DNA of 52,572 nt from Candidatus Tayloriibacteriota bacterium (GTDB taxonomy: Bacteria; Patescibacteriota; Minisyncoccia; Phycocordibacterales; PALSA-1337), in NCBI GenBank assembly GCA_037129895.1, contig JBAXUB010000008.1, forward strand, positions 1-52,572. Reading direction: 5' to 3'. Shown piece after piece: positions 1 through 8,824 of the stretch; within the stretch, counting starts at the first letter, position 1; the number at the start of each line of letters is the position of its first letter. The notes under the pieces were generated by a model that had not been told where the DNA came from, ran no database searches, and saw only the letters and a list, made by a program, of their open reading frames with translations. The position numbers were made by a program, and so were the translations under genes.

Positions 1-4
1 AATT

Positions 5-1615
5 ATGAATAATCAAACCAAAAAGTTTTTCATTTATACTCGCAAGTCTACGGACGACAAAGACAGACAAGTCCGCAGTATTTCCGACCAACTAGCGGAA
101 TTGAAAGATTTAGCGTTGAAAGAACAGCTGGAAGTGGTTGATGTCTTTGTCGAGAAACAGACCGCCAAAATACCAGGTCGGCCTGTGTTTAACGAGATGA
201 TGTTGAGAATGGAAAATGGCGAGGCCTCTGGTATTTTGGCGTGGCACCCCGATAGACTTGCGAGAAACTCGGTAGATGGAGGAAAAATAATCTACCTCGT
301 TGATACTGGTGTAATTTCAGAAATGAAATTTCCAACTTTTTGGTTTGATCCGACACCGCAAGGCAAGTTCATGCTTTCAATCGCTTTTTCGCAATCCAAG
401 TATTATGTGGATAATTTGAGCGAAAATATAAAACGAGGTCATCGCAACAAAGTGAAAGACGGAATATGGCCTCAAATGTCTCCGCTTGGATATGTGAATG
501 TAAAAGGCAAAGGTATTGTTCCAGATATTGAAAACGCAAAATTGATTAAAAAGACATTTGAGGCATATTCGTCTGGGTCTTTCACTTTGCGACAACTTCG
601 CGACAAGTTTAATGAACTTGGATTGAAACGAAAAAGTGGAAAGGAACTTGCGGTGTCGAATTATCAGCAAATCCTCAAAAATCCTATCTATACGGGGCTA
701 ATGAGGTATAACGGAGAGATTTTTGAGGGAAAGCACGAACCTATTATCACAAAGAAACTTTTTGATTCCGTTCAAGAAGTGATGATGAGAAAATCCAAGC
801 CGAAAGGTAAAGGACTGAAAGAATATATTTACAGAGGATTTTTCCGTTGCGGAGAATGTGGTTGTTTCATTACTACCGAAACACAAAAGGGTCATAACTA
901 TCTCCGCTGTACCAAACGGAAAAATCCTTGTTTGCAAAAATATGTTCGTGAAAAAATCATCACTTCTCAAATCAGAACGGAATTACAAAAAGTTTCTTTG
1001 CCACTCGATTGGGCAAATTGGATGATTGCCGAAAATGAGAAAGATCGGCAATTGGAAGTCCAATCGAGTGAGATTTTTTCTCAAAAAACAAAAAATGAAA
1101 TTTCTCTTTTAGATTCCAAAATTGAGAAGCTGATGAACGCATATCTTGAAAACGCACTTTCGTTAGACGAATATCGTGATTCCAAAAACAAGTTGATGTG
1201 CCAAAAACAGCTTCTCAAAGAGAAATTATCAGCTTTTGAGAAAAAATCTCATAATCGGTTCGAACTTGCTGATAGATTCATAAAATCCAGTATAAACAAT
1301 ATGGAATTGGCAAACGAGGGAATTCCCGAAAAGATTTTTCGGGAATTCAAAAAAGTCGGTTCGAACTTTCAAATTAAGGATCGAACCGTACTTTTTGAGC
1401 CACGCGGAGCGTGGCGAATCCTTGCAGAATTAGGATTTTTTGGGGGGAATTCGGAACAGACGGCACTTCGTGCCGACCATATTTTTTGCGGAAATTTGAA
1501 TTCCGATTTGATGCGGAGAGGGGGAGATTCGAACTCCCGAAGAGCTTACGCCCTTGCCGCTTTTCGAAAGCGGTACATTCGACCACTCTGTCACCTCTCC
1601 AATAGTGAACATTAA
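5..1615 (+). CDS. Large serine recombinase (resolvase + recombinase + Zn-ribbon + coiled coil); 3' end runs antisense through tRNA-Ser
   Basis: N-terminal YTRKS catalytic motif, DRLARN, NPIYTG...GKHEPII recombinase domain, CGECG..C zinc ribbon. Confidence 0.92.
   Translation: MNNQTKKFFIYTRKSTDDKDRQVRSISDQLAELKDLALKEQLEVVDVFVEKQTAKIPGRPVFNEMMLRMENGEASGILAWHPDRLARNSVDGGKIIYLVDTGVISEMKFPTFWFDPTPQGKFMLSIAFSQSKYYVDNLSENIKRGHRNKVKDGIWPQMSPLGYVNVKGKGIVPDIENAKLIKKTFEAYSSGSFTLRQLRDKFNELGLKRKSGKELAVSNYQQILKNPIYTGLMRYNGEIFEGKHEPIITKKLFDSVQEVMMRKSKPKGKGLKEYIYRGFFRCGECGCFITTETQKGHNYLRCTKRKNPCLQKYVREKIITSQIRTELQKVSLPLDWANWMIAENEKDRQLEVQSSEIFSQKTKNEISLLDSKIEKLMNAYLENALSLDEYRDSKNKLMCQKQLLKEKLSAFEKKSHNRFELADRFIKSSINNMELANEGIPEKIFREFKKVGSNFQIKDRTVLFEPRGAWRILAELGFFGGNSEQTALRADHIFCGNLNSDLMRRGGDSNSRRAYALAAFRKRYIRPLCHLSNSEH
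1514..1600 (-). tRNA. tRNA-Ser(CGA)
   Basis: Reverse complement GGAGAGGTGACAGAGTGGTCGAATGTACCGCT-TTCGAAA-AGCGG...GGGAGTTCGAATCTCCCCCTCTCCG; long variable arm, G discriminator. Confidence 0.95.
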
Positions 1616-1693
1616 CAACAATAACATTTTTTGCCAAAAACTCAAAAAGATAGTAGTATGGTGTAGTTAGTACAAAGACAACTTATTAATCAT

Positions 1694-1768
1694 GGCCCTA
1701 TCGTCTATCGGTTAGGACATTTGCTTTTCAAGCAAGTAAGCCGGGTTCGACTCCCGGTAGGGTCACCA
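1694..1768 (+). tRNA. tRNA-Glu(TTC)
   Basis: GGCCCTA...TTTGC-TTTTCAA-GCAAG...CCGGGTTCGACTCCCGG-TAGGGTC-A-CCA. Confidence 0.95.
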
Positions 1769-2056
1769 ATTGGGATTTATCGAGCAAGAATTGCTGATAT
1801 AGGTTGTAGATTGGCGTTAGTTTCGCGTTTCCAAATTTATTTCCAGAAAACTGCACATTTTCGGATATAACCATTTTTTGGAAACATAGGCGATCTTCCG
1901 GCTTCTTGGCGAGCTTTACCCATGTGCTGGCTGTATTTCTCACGAAGTCGAAGCAGTATTCTAGGGCTGCATCCATCTTGAATTCTTTGTCATATTTCTC
2001 GTACATTAAGCTCAGGTGCTTCTTGATCTTGTCGTCAATGAGATTTTTTCGCTTGC
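1728..2056 (-). pseudogene. C-terminal remnant of a second serine recombinase reading antisense into tRNA-Glu
   Basis: Frame reads KRKNLIDDKIKK...STW..LAKKPEDRLCFQKMV...FSGNKFGN..LTPIY...KSQLVTLPGVEPGLLA; the last residues are the tRNA antisense; no catalytic domain upstream; 5' boundary approximate. Confidence 0.6.
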
Positions 2057-2125
2057 AAAATGCTGGTAAATATGTAATACTCTTATTGTATCCACACGAA
2101 GAGGGATCCGAAAGGTGTTAGTGCC

Positions 2126-2647
2126 TTAGGAGCCCTTTTCTTTTTTGTGCCATTCTATGTAGGTTTTGATGTTGTATAAATAGTCAAAAAATTCAGCTCC
2201 GAAATGTTTGTACAGAGATGAAGCAAAATCTCTATTTGGGAAAAGTATCTTCATGAACCGACCTTTCTTGATCAAATAGTCCACCACCTTTTTATAATCT
2301 CCGTCTCCAGATACGATAACTACTTTATCGAAATCTTTATTTTCAATTAGATTTTTCATTATTTCAAAGACGATATCGGTATCAACATTACCTTTCTTCG
2401 TACTTTTGAGCACAGGATTATGTTCCTTGAATAAGACAATAAAACCAGATTTTTGCAGATTGTTATACAAATCCTGTTCTGCTTCGGATACATACCCTAG
2501 AAAATAGTAAGCTTCAGCTATATGGTATTTATCCTTGAGATATACCCTGAGTTTCTTCAGATCAACTTTCCAACCATCTTGAATAGTACCAAGATGGAGA
2601 TTTTGGCCGTCTATGAAGGCGATATTTGATTCCTTTGGTTTATCCAT
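2126..2647 (-). CDS. NYN-domain (LabA/DUF88, PIN-like) protein
   Basis: AFIDGQNL, KGNVDTDIV and VSGDGDY motifs. Confidence 0.92.
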   Translation of the reverse strand: MDKPKESNIAFIDGQNLHLGTIQDGWKVDLKKLRVYLKDKYHIAEAYYFLGYVSEAEQDLYNNLQKSGFIVLFKEHNPVLKSTKKGNVDTDIVFEIMKNLIENKDFDKVVIVSGDGDYKKVVDYLIKKGRFMKILFPNRDFASSLYKHFGAEFFDYLYNIKTYIEWHKKEKGS

Positions 2648-2713
2648 TGGTGTGGATTATATCATGCCATGCCCTGATGTTTTCAACAACCTGTTTCCAA
2701 TCCTGTATAATGT

Positions 2714-2722
2714 GGGTCACCA
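2714..2722 (+). mobile_element. Putative att core: 9-bp copy of tRNA-Glu 3' end (GGGTCACCA = 1760-1768)
   Basis: Exact direct repeat bracketing the recombinase remnant and NYN gene; short, so chance is possible. Confidence 0.55.
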
Positions 2723-2723
2723 G

Positions 2724-2748
2724 TGATCTGTACCCCATAAAATGAACA
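2724..2748 (+). mobile_element. Solo IS3-family-like terminal repeat
   Basis: TGATCTGTACCCCATAAAATGAACA, 24/25 identical to 40362-40386; TG...CCCC...GACA pattern of IS3-family ends. Confidence 0.55.
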
Positions 2749-2795
2749 TGTACATTGATTTCTTTTATTAGAATTGATAGACTAACAAAAATAAT

Positions 2796-2990
2796 ATGAA
2801 CATATCATCATTTTTTCCATCGTTTTCAGGGGCAAGCATATTACTTTATTTATTTTTTGCATTCATCTTTTTCATGATTATCAGAGAGCTTGTTACATGG
2901 TACTGGAAGATAAATAGAATTACAGACTTGCTAGAGCAGATTGAAAAGAATACAAAGCCGAAAGATAACACTACGGATGTTGCTAAATAA
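2796..2990 (+). CDS. Small single-pass membrane protein
   Basis: Hydrophobic segment followed by RELVTWYWKIN..LLEQIE. Confidence 0.75.
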   Translation: MNISSFFPSFSGASILLYLFFAFIFFMIIRELVTWYWKINRITDLLEQIEKNTKPKDNTTDVAK

Positions 2991-3146
2991 ACAAAATAGT
3001 GGAATATTACCGATTAACAACCGCAAGAAAATTATTTAAATAAAATGAAATTCGCAGAAAATTAGGACATTTCCACATAGTATGCTATGCTTGTTTTACA
3101 AGGAACTAGTCGAATTTCTTTATATTAGATCAATTAAATCAATCAA

Positions 3147-3344
3147 ATGACAGGAACAATCAAGACTTTGATGCCAAAAGGGTTCGGTTTTATCTCTCGC
3201 GAGGGAGAAACAAAAGACCTCTTTTTCCACTCAAACGACCTATCAGGAGTATCATTTAACGACCTCAAAGAGGGCGATACAGTGAATTTCGAGGTAGTAG
3301 ATGGCCAAAAGGGCCCAAGTGCAAAGAATGTAACACGCGTATAA
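3147..3344 (+). CDS. cspA: Cold-shock protein
   Basis: KGFGFI (RNP1), DLFFH (RNP2), KGPSAKNV. Confidence 0.95.
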   Translation: MTGTIKTLMPKGFGFISREGETKDLFFHSNDLSGVSFNDLKEGDTVNFEVVDGQKGPSAKNVTRV

Positions 3345-3358
3345 ATCACGCTTTTACT

Positions 3359-3394
3359 AGAAAAAACACTCTCTTAACTGAGGGTGTTTTTTCT
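3359..3394. terminator. Bidirectional intrinsic terminator
   Basis: AAAAAACACTCTC-ttaact-GAGGGTGTTTTTT between convergent genes. Confidence 0.85.
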
Positions 3395-3428
3395 TTGCTT
3401 ACTCCGATCATGTTTCTCCCATATCACA

Positions 3429-3890
3429 TCACCTAGTCGCATAAATACTTGGCGTCAATTCCCCTGTTGAACTAGCTGTAATACGACCGTTGCCGTCTAG
3501 ATAGATCCAATACCCAGTATCGTAGTCGTCAACACTTACGAAACCTGCTGTTGTTATCGACGGATCAAATGGCAATGAAGATATGTAATTCGGTACCAGA
3601 CAATATGCCAGATCTCCAGCATCCGCATGATCTCCGCTACCCTTAACCTCAGTCCATACATTTGGTATTGCTTTCACCACACCATCGCAGACAAAGACAC
3701 CTCGATGCTCAGCCATGTTTTGATGCACGGCATTCAGTATCGCATTCACATTACTCGTGCGCTGAGAATCTCTAGCCAATTTGAACTGTCGAGCAGGATT
3801 CACCGCTACCAATACTATAGTTGCTAGAATCGCTATGATACCGATAACCACTAGAATTTCGATCAGAGTAAAACCTTTGTTTTTGTGCAT
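3429..3890 (-). CDS. Type IV pilin / pseudopilin (probable major pilin)
   Basis: KGFTLIEILVVIGIIAILA prepilin cleavage/N-methylation motif; ARDSQRTSNV. Confidence 0.92.
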   Translation of the reverse strand: MHKNKGFTLIEILVVIGIIAILATIVLVAVNPARQFKLARDSQRTSNVNAILNAVHQNMAEHRGVFVCDGVVKAIPNVWTEVKGSGDHADAGDLAYCLVPNYISSLPFDPSITTAGFVSVDDYDTGYWIYLDGNGRITASSTGELTPSIYATR

Positions 3891-3964
3891 ATATTATTAC
3901 TATTATTTTAATAAAAACGGAACACTACTAGTCGAACTACTAACGAAACATAACGAACATCATG

Positions 3965-4030
3965 ATCTTACAATAAGCGGGATAAAATCCTGATAAATTT
4001 TCAATCAAGATTTGATAAAATTTTGATAAA
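3965..4030 (-). promoter_or_regulatory. Promoter with 11-bp-period TTTATC direct-repeat array (site A)
   Basis: GATAAA at 3981, 3992, 4014, 4025 (degenerate at 4003); -10 TAAGAT (3965-3970) is 10 bp from the proximal repeat. Confidence 0.8.
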
Positions 4031-4045
4031 GAAATATATACGCAA

Positions 4046-4381
4046 CTATTCATTAACTTTTACTATGACACCCAGCAATTCCGCTATAGCACCGACCGAT
4101 ACATGCCCTGCAAAATCGTTTGAGAAATGTAGTGTACAACCAAGTTCACTGATAGTCATCGTACCGGACAAGAAATAGTCAGCGCCGATCATAAGATCTG
4201 CTATATTCATACAGGATGACAGGTTGAGTTCGACCTGTGTCCGTATTTCTCTTCTATTAACCATATCCAAATACATGACTGCAGATGTTAGCGTCGACAA
4301 CGAAAATACAAGTAGACCGCTAGCAACGATCATTGTAGAGATCATAGCGATAAAACCACGATTTTGACTAATGATATGCAT
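4046..4381 (-). CDS. Minor pilin-like (PilX-type N-terminus) protein
   Basis: NRGFIAMISTMIV class III signal-like start; last gene of the pil operon. Confidence 0.75.
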   Translation of the reverse strand: MHIISQNRGFIAMISTMIVASGLLVFSLSTLTSAVMYLDMVNRREIRTQVELNLSSCMNIADLMIGADYFLSGTMTISELGCTLHFSNDFAGHVSVGAIAELLGVIVKVNE

Positions 4382-4526
4382 CGTAAATTTCTCGACTTAA
4401 CTTGATATTTTGATAATTTGTTTCCGATGCAAATATGAGAAAACCACTCATGAGCAGAGACAGCAATGAAATATACAACATCACCTCGATCAATGTGACG
4501 CCGCCTGACTTCTGATTTATCGTCAT
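4368..4526 (-). CDS. 52-aa minimal pilin-like protein (not in ORF track)
   Basis: MTINQKSGGVTLIEVMLYISLLSLLMSGFLIFASETNYQNIKLSREIYDAYH; ATGA overlap with the upstream stop. Confidence 0.8.
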   Translation of the reverse strand: MTINQKSGGVTLIEVMLYISLLSLLMSGFLIFASETNYQNIKLSREIYDAYH

Positions 4527-6025
4527 GGAATTTTTCTATTAATTGAAATTTCATATAATTCCGGTTTCGTATGAGACAACACATATATTTTGTCTAGATA
4601 ACATGTCATCGCTTGCGGAGATGAAGGTAGTGAATATTTCATAGAAGTACTAGCATTCAATTCATTACTATATATCTGAAACTCGCTGCCGATCTGTCTC
4701 GTGATCACATAGATGCTCTGCCTATCTCTCAAGATTCCATATACCCCACCAGGCATATCTAGCGACTGATAACTGGGTAATGTATACGAACCAATGGTGG
4801 TGCCGGACGTACTCGCTGCGAATTGAAGCAATTCATGCTCAGTCACTGTATTGTAACCACCAGATGTACGACCAAAAGACAGAGCATTTTCGAATAGTGT
4901 GGTGATCTTCCCTTCTTGCCTCTGCCAACCACTTGGACTGAAAGATGATAATGATTCGAACATTCCCATATTGGAAGTATTGAAGATCTGTAACTGTTTT
5001 TCATTCGCAGTAGATACGTAAGCGATATTATCTAGTATGTATATATCATTGACCTTGCTACCGATCTCGTAGCCAGCTACCTCTCTCGGTGACTCTGGAT
5101 CATGAACATCTATCGACAACAATTCATCACCAAGCCATTTTTCTGTACCTATATATATGAGGTCATTCGCGAATGATACTGTACTACCGAGTGCTGGTGT
5201 TGCAGTTGCATAAGGTAATGGTAATTGGAATCTCTTGACCAGTGACAATCCATGACTGGGGCTCTGCATCATGACGTGTAATTGGCCTACCGTAGAAGGT
5301 GCCGCGCCATATATATACTTACCTGCCACAGACAATGAAGATAGACCTGGACCAGTATTCAAATATGAAAGCAGGTCTACCCCGGCGTTTTGTCGAATTC
5401 TAAAGATGAATATATCTGGATCAAGTGAGACATTTGAGTCGGCAGATACATATACGACATCATTCCTAACCTGAACATCAGTCAATGGTATCGATGGATT
5501 TATTGGCAGCGTATAGGTAACAATATTTATGATAATTTCTGAAGAACTAGCGATACTACGAGTGGAGTATTCATCTCTATGTTTGTACCACTCATATGAC
5601 CCCACAACTGTACTATCACCAAAATCGACAGCACAGACTGGCTGATCTGATACCGGATCAATCAATGGTGAACGTGCAGAGATAGAAGTAAACTTGATCA
5701 TAGGCAGACTTAAGCCAGAACTAGTACTCGAACTAGGGATAGTACTTATGAAAGTATCTATCTCATCAAGGTGATTACCATAAGGAATCTTACCGACCTC
5801 TGCTATGAGGCCATCGGTAGTCGTACTCTGAAACGTAGAGCTAGAATTCACAATTTCATCATAATGATCGAGTAATAGAGTTCGCTCTCTAGCTTTGAAA
5901 AATATATCCCTGGAATATGCCGACGATTCAGACAATGATATAACAAAAATCAGACACACTGATAATGCGAGTAAAATATCAACGAGTATCACTCCTCTAA
6001 TGCTGTAATGTCTTTGATAGATCAT
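4523..6025 (-). CDS. Pilin-like N-terminus fused to LVIVD-type beta-propeller (putative pilus adhesin)
   Basis: RGVILVDILLAL N-terminus; repeated ..YV.....L.I.DV..P..P units. Confidence 0.75.
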   Translation of the reverse strand: MIYQRHYSIRGVILVDILLALSVCLIFVISLSESSAYSRDIFFKARERTLLLDHYDEIVNSSSTFQSTTTDGLIAEVGKIPYGNHLDEIDTFISTIPSSSTSSGLSLPMIKFTSISARSPLIDPVSDQPVCAVDFGDSTVVGSYEWYKHRDEYSTRSIASSSEIIINIVTYTLPINPSIPLTDVQVRNDVVYVSADSNVSLDPDIFIFRIRQNAGVDLLSYLNTGPGLSSLSVAGKYIYGAAPSTVGQLHVMMQSPSHGLSLVKRFQLPLPYATATPALGSTVSFANDLIYIGTEKWLGDELLSIDVHDPESPREVAGYEIGSKVNDIYILDNIAYVSTANEKQLQIFNTSNMGMFESLSSFSPSGWQRQEGKITTLFENALSFGRTSGGYNTVTEHELLQFAASTSGTTIGSYTLPSYQSLDMPGGVYGILRDRQSIYVITRQIGSEFQIYSNELNASTSMKYSLPSSPQAMTCYLDKIYVLSHTKPELYEISINRKIP

Positions 6026-7046
6026 ATATTGGCATCAAGATTGATAATGCTATCGCTCCGACAACAACTCCCATAGCGATCATCATTATCGGTTCTATGA
6101 GGGCCGTTAGCTTTTTCAAGGAATGCTCGATCTCCCTGTCGAGAATATTCGCTGCTCGAAGTATAGAGAGCCCCAATGTTCCAGATGATTCCCCTGCTGC
6201 TGTAAGAGCGACGATATACTGAGGAGTTGGTAGGATCGACAAGGCTATATTCAATGGTGACCCTCTAGAGACGATAGGTATCTTTGGTTCGAGTAGTCGA
6301 CGTATAGGCACATAACCGATAGAATTCACAGCATCACTGAAGGCTTTCGCTATAGATTGCCCTCCGTCTATGAGTGACCCAAATGAACGTAGGAATATTA
6401 CTACATTATAATTTCGAACTACTACGCCAATCAGTGGTGTTTTAGATACAGAGGATTGGACGAGCCTTCTAAACAGAGTCGAACTTCTGTAAAGCCAAAT
6501 AGATACAAACGCAAATATTATAATAATTAGGGCGATATATAGACCGTAACGCAATACTACATCTGAACAAAATATCATAATCCTACTTATCAATGGAAGT
6601 TCTGTATGCAATCCTTTCAACATAGGAACGATCTGTGGCATCACACCGCGCATAAGTGCGATAACAAAAACGATTGAAAATATCCCGATAACTCCAGGGT
6701 AGACCATCGCTCCAAAGCATTTCTTCATTAGTTCTTCTTGCTTTTCCAGAATATCACGGACCATGGCTATGGAGGATGAAAGATTACCAGTTTTCTCACC
6801 ATTAGCGATGATACTGGCGAGAGTGCCTGACAACCTGGTCATGTAGACCAAGCCAGAAGAAAATAGAGCCCCTGACTCTATATGAGCTATCAGATTTCTC
6901 ACAGATGGCTTGTGCTTCGTACTTACCCCATCCACACAAAGTCGAAGTGCCATATCAATAGCCAAACCAGATGATAAGTATAGTTCTATTCTTTCCAATA
7001 AAATACACACATCACGCACTTTCCATTTTACGTGTCTTTTCATCAT
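5997..7046 (-). CDS. pilC: Type II secretion F / PilC-family inner-membrane platform protein
   Basis: GEKTGNL, AMVYP, AGESSGTL, LIEPIMM...ILMPIY motifs. Confidence 0.9.
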   Translation of the reverse strand: MMKRHVKWKVRDVCILLERIELYLSSGLAIDMALRLCVDGVSTKHKPSVRNLIAHIESGALFSSGLVYMTRLSGTLASIIANGEKTGNLSSSIAMVRDILEKQEELMKKCFGAMVYPGVIGIFSIVFVIALMRGVMPQIVPMLKGLHTELPLISRIMIFCSDVVLRYGLYIALIIIIFAFVSIWLYRSSTLFRRLVQSSVSKTPLIGVVVRNYNVVIFLRSFGSLIDGGQSIAKAFSDAVNSIGYVPIRRLLEPKIPIVSRGSPLNIALSILPTPQYIVALTAAGESSGTLGLSILRAANILDREIEHSLKKLTALIEPIMMIAMGVVVGAIALSILMPIYDLSKTLQH

Positions 7047-8194
7047 ATATTTAATACGCCCACTACTTCTTCTCTAGTTGTGATACCCCATTCTACTTTC
7101 TCCATTCCATCCTCTATAATCGGGCAAAACCCATTGAACCTAGCAACATTTTGCAGAGAAGATGAAGAAGTTTTCGCAGATATGAGATCGCGCATTACAG
7201 AGTCAATCTCACAGACTTCAGCTATAACTGATCGACCGAAGTATCCAGAAAATTTGCACCTATCACAACCCTCCGCAAAACATTCATGACACATCGTACG
7301 GACAAGACGTTGCGCGACTATGAGACGGAGAGTCGACGCCAATAAATAATGATCTACACCCATATCGACAAGTCTCGTTACTGCTTCTAGAGCTGAATTG
7401 GTATGCAGTGTCGAAAGAACCAAGTGACCAGTTAATGCTGTATGAACCGCAACTTTCGCCGTTTCATTGTCACGAATCTCACCAACCATGATGACGTCAG
7501 GATCTTGACGAAGAGCTGAGCGCAGACCACTTCCGAATGTCACACCATGACTATGCCTTATGTGAACTTGACGCACTCCAGGAATCTCATATTCAACTGG
7601 ATCCTCTAATGTCACGATAGATAATGGCTCACGCACTTTCAATGACAGACATGTATGAAGCGTTGTAGTCTTACCAGAACCGGTAGGACCAGTGACTAGG
7701 ATGAGTCCATGAGTATTCTTCATCGCTTTGTCTATCAGCCGCACATGATCTGGAGTGAATCCCAATTTTGCAAAAGATGTATCTACATTCGTCTTTGATG
7801 GCAACAACCTAATCACAGCATTCTCTCCATGATATGTAGGCATAAACGATATACGAAGATTATACTCTTCACCATTTATGTTCGTCCTCCATCTTCCATC
7901 CTGTGGCATTGCATGAATATCGGTCCTAGCTCCTGAAAGGATCTTCAGTCTAGCTATAACTTCCTCATGTAAGCGTATATTGATCGTACCAACTTCGCCT
8001 ATTCGACCATCTACACGAAACCTCACGATCATGTCATCTTTCCTAGGATCACAATGAATATCCGAGGTCCTCATGTACGCAGCAAAGGCCAAAACCTTAT
8101 CGATCGCTTCTACTGCTGTTTGCGGATTTTGAGGAAAATCAAGTACTGCATTTTGCCCCTGTTTATTAATATTTATATTTGATTCATTATTCAT
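7043..8194 (-). CDS. pilB: GspE/PilB-family assembly ATPase
   Basis: SDIH, PQDGR, GPTGSGKTTT, TLEDPVEY, LRQDPDVIMVGEIRD, TGHLVLSTLH. Confidence 0.95.
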   Translation of the reverse strand: MNNESNININKQGQNAVLDFPQNPQTAVEAIDKVLAFAAYMRTSDIHCDPRKDDMIVRFRVDGRIGEVGTINIRLHEEVIARLKILSGARTDIHAMPQDGRWRTNINGEEYNLRISFMPTYHGENAVIRLLPSKTNVDTSFAKLGFTPDHVRLIDKAMKNTHGLILVTGPTGSGKTTTLHTCLSLKVREPLSIVTLEDPVEYEIPGVRQVHIRHSHGVTFGSGLRSALRQDPDVIMVGEIRDNETAKVAVHTALTGHLVLSTLHTNSALEAVTRLVDMGVDHYLLASTLRLIVAQRLVRTMCHECFAEGCDRCKFSGYFGRSVIAEVCEIDSVMRDLISAKTSSSSLQNVARFNGFCPIIEDGMEKVEWGITTREEVVGVLNI

Positions 8195-8200
8195 GCAGAC

Positions 8201-8255
8201 ACAATATCAAATGACAGATAAAATCCTGATAAAATTTTGATAAAGAATTGATAAA
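8201..8255 (-). promoter_or_regulatory. Promoter with TTTATC direct-repeat array (site B), leaderless pilB
   Basis: GATAAA at 8217, 8228, 8239, 8250; TG-n-TATTGT -10 (8201-8206) 10 bp from the proximal repeat and 6 nt before ATG. Confidence 0.8.
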
Positions 8256-8423
8256 GAAAGTCTCAAGATTTTCCCCAACAAATAGCTTCGATCTCAAATC
8301 GGTAAGAGATTTAGGTCGACTTTGACAGATCCAGCATACGTGGTAACATATAGTCTGCTGTTCTTTCGGATAAATGTGCTGAGGGAACGAGCTCGGATAA
8401 ACTAAGCAAACAAAAGGAAAATA

Positions 8424-8624
8424 GTGGCAAAAACTGCTATAACACCCTCGATCAAAACAACTCCACCGTGCATACGGTGGCAAGTCGGATCCAATGCTGT
8501 AGGACAATCAGTGCGTTGCCAAGGCAAGTGTTCGTCGGTCACTCGACTGAATACCCTGGCATTGGTACTCGCCAATATGAAGATCCGGCACAACCCCAAT
8601 CCACCAAATCAGGAGGCGGAATAA
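8424..8624 (+). CDS. Hypothetical 66-aa protein (or ncRNA) in its own transcription unit
   Basis: AAGGA upstream of GTG start; downstream terminator; no family recognised. Confidence 0.4.
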   Translation: MAKTAITPSIKTTPPCIRWQVGSNAVGQSVRCQGKCSSVTRLNTLALVLANMKIRHNPNPPNQEAE

Positions 8625-8673
8625 CGGAGGGCCGTCATACCCTCCATAAATACAAATACAGAATAATTTATCC

Positions 8674-8704
8674 AAGCGGGCGGCAATTGCCACCCGCTTT
8701 TTTT
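8674..8704 (+). terminator. Intrinsic terminator
   Basis: AAGCGGGCGGC-AATT-GCCACCCGCTT followed by T run. Confidence 0.8.
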
Positions 8705-8740
8705 GCATAGGTCTGACCTCTGCAGAGGTCTGACCTCTAC
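8704..8740. repeat. Two tandem copies of 21-bp palindrome family (core AGGTC[T/A]GACCT)
   Basis: TGCATAGGTCTGACCTCTGCAGAGGTCTGACCTCTAC; other copies at 11717, 16928, 33463. Confidence 0.8.
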
Positions 8741-8824
8741 ATTAACTATCCTTGACTTCTATCATCTTTTCATGCTTTACTTATAGGAACGAGCCAGCGG
8801 CTCTATTTTAATTATTTAATCCTT

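Noticed and set aside
3981-4030. TTTATC arrays as CRISPR repeats, iterons or DnaA boxes
   Set aside because: No unique spacers, no rep or dnaA gene, no TTATCCACA match; fixed spacing to -10 boxes fits activator sites better.
4342-4584. 80-aa ORF from the track inside the pil operon
   Set aside because: The overlapping frame 4368-4526 has a prepilin motif and translational coupling and is the better gene call.
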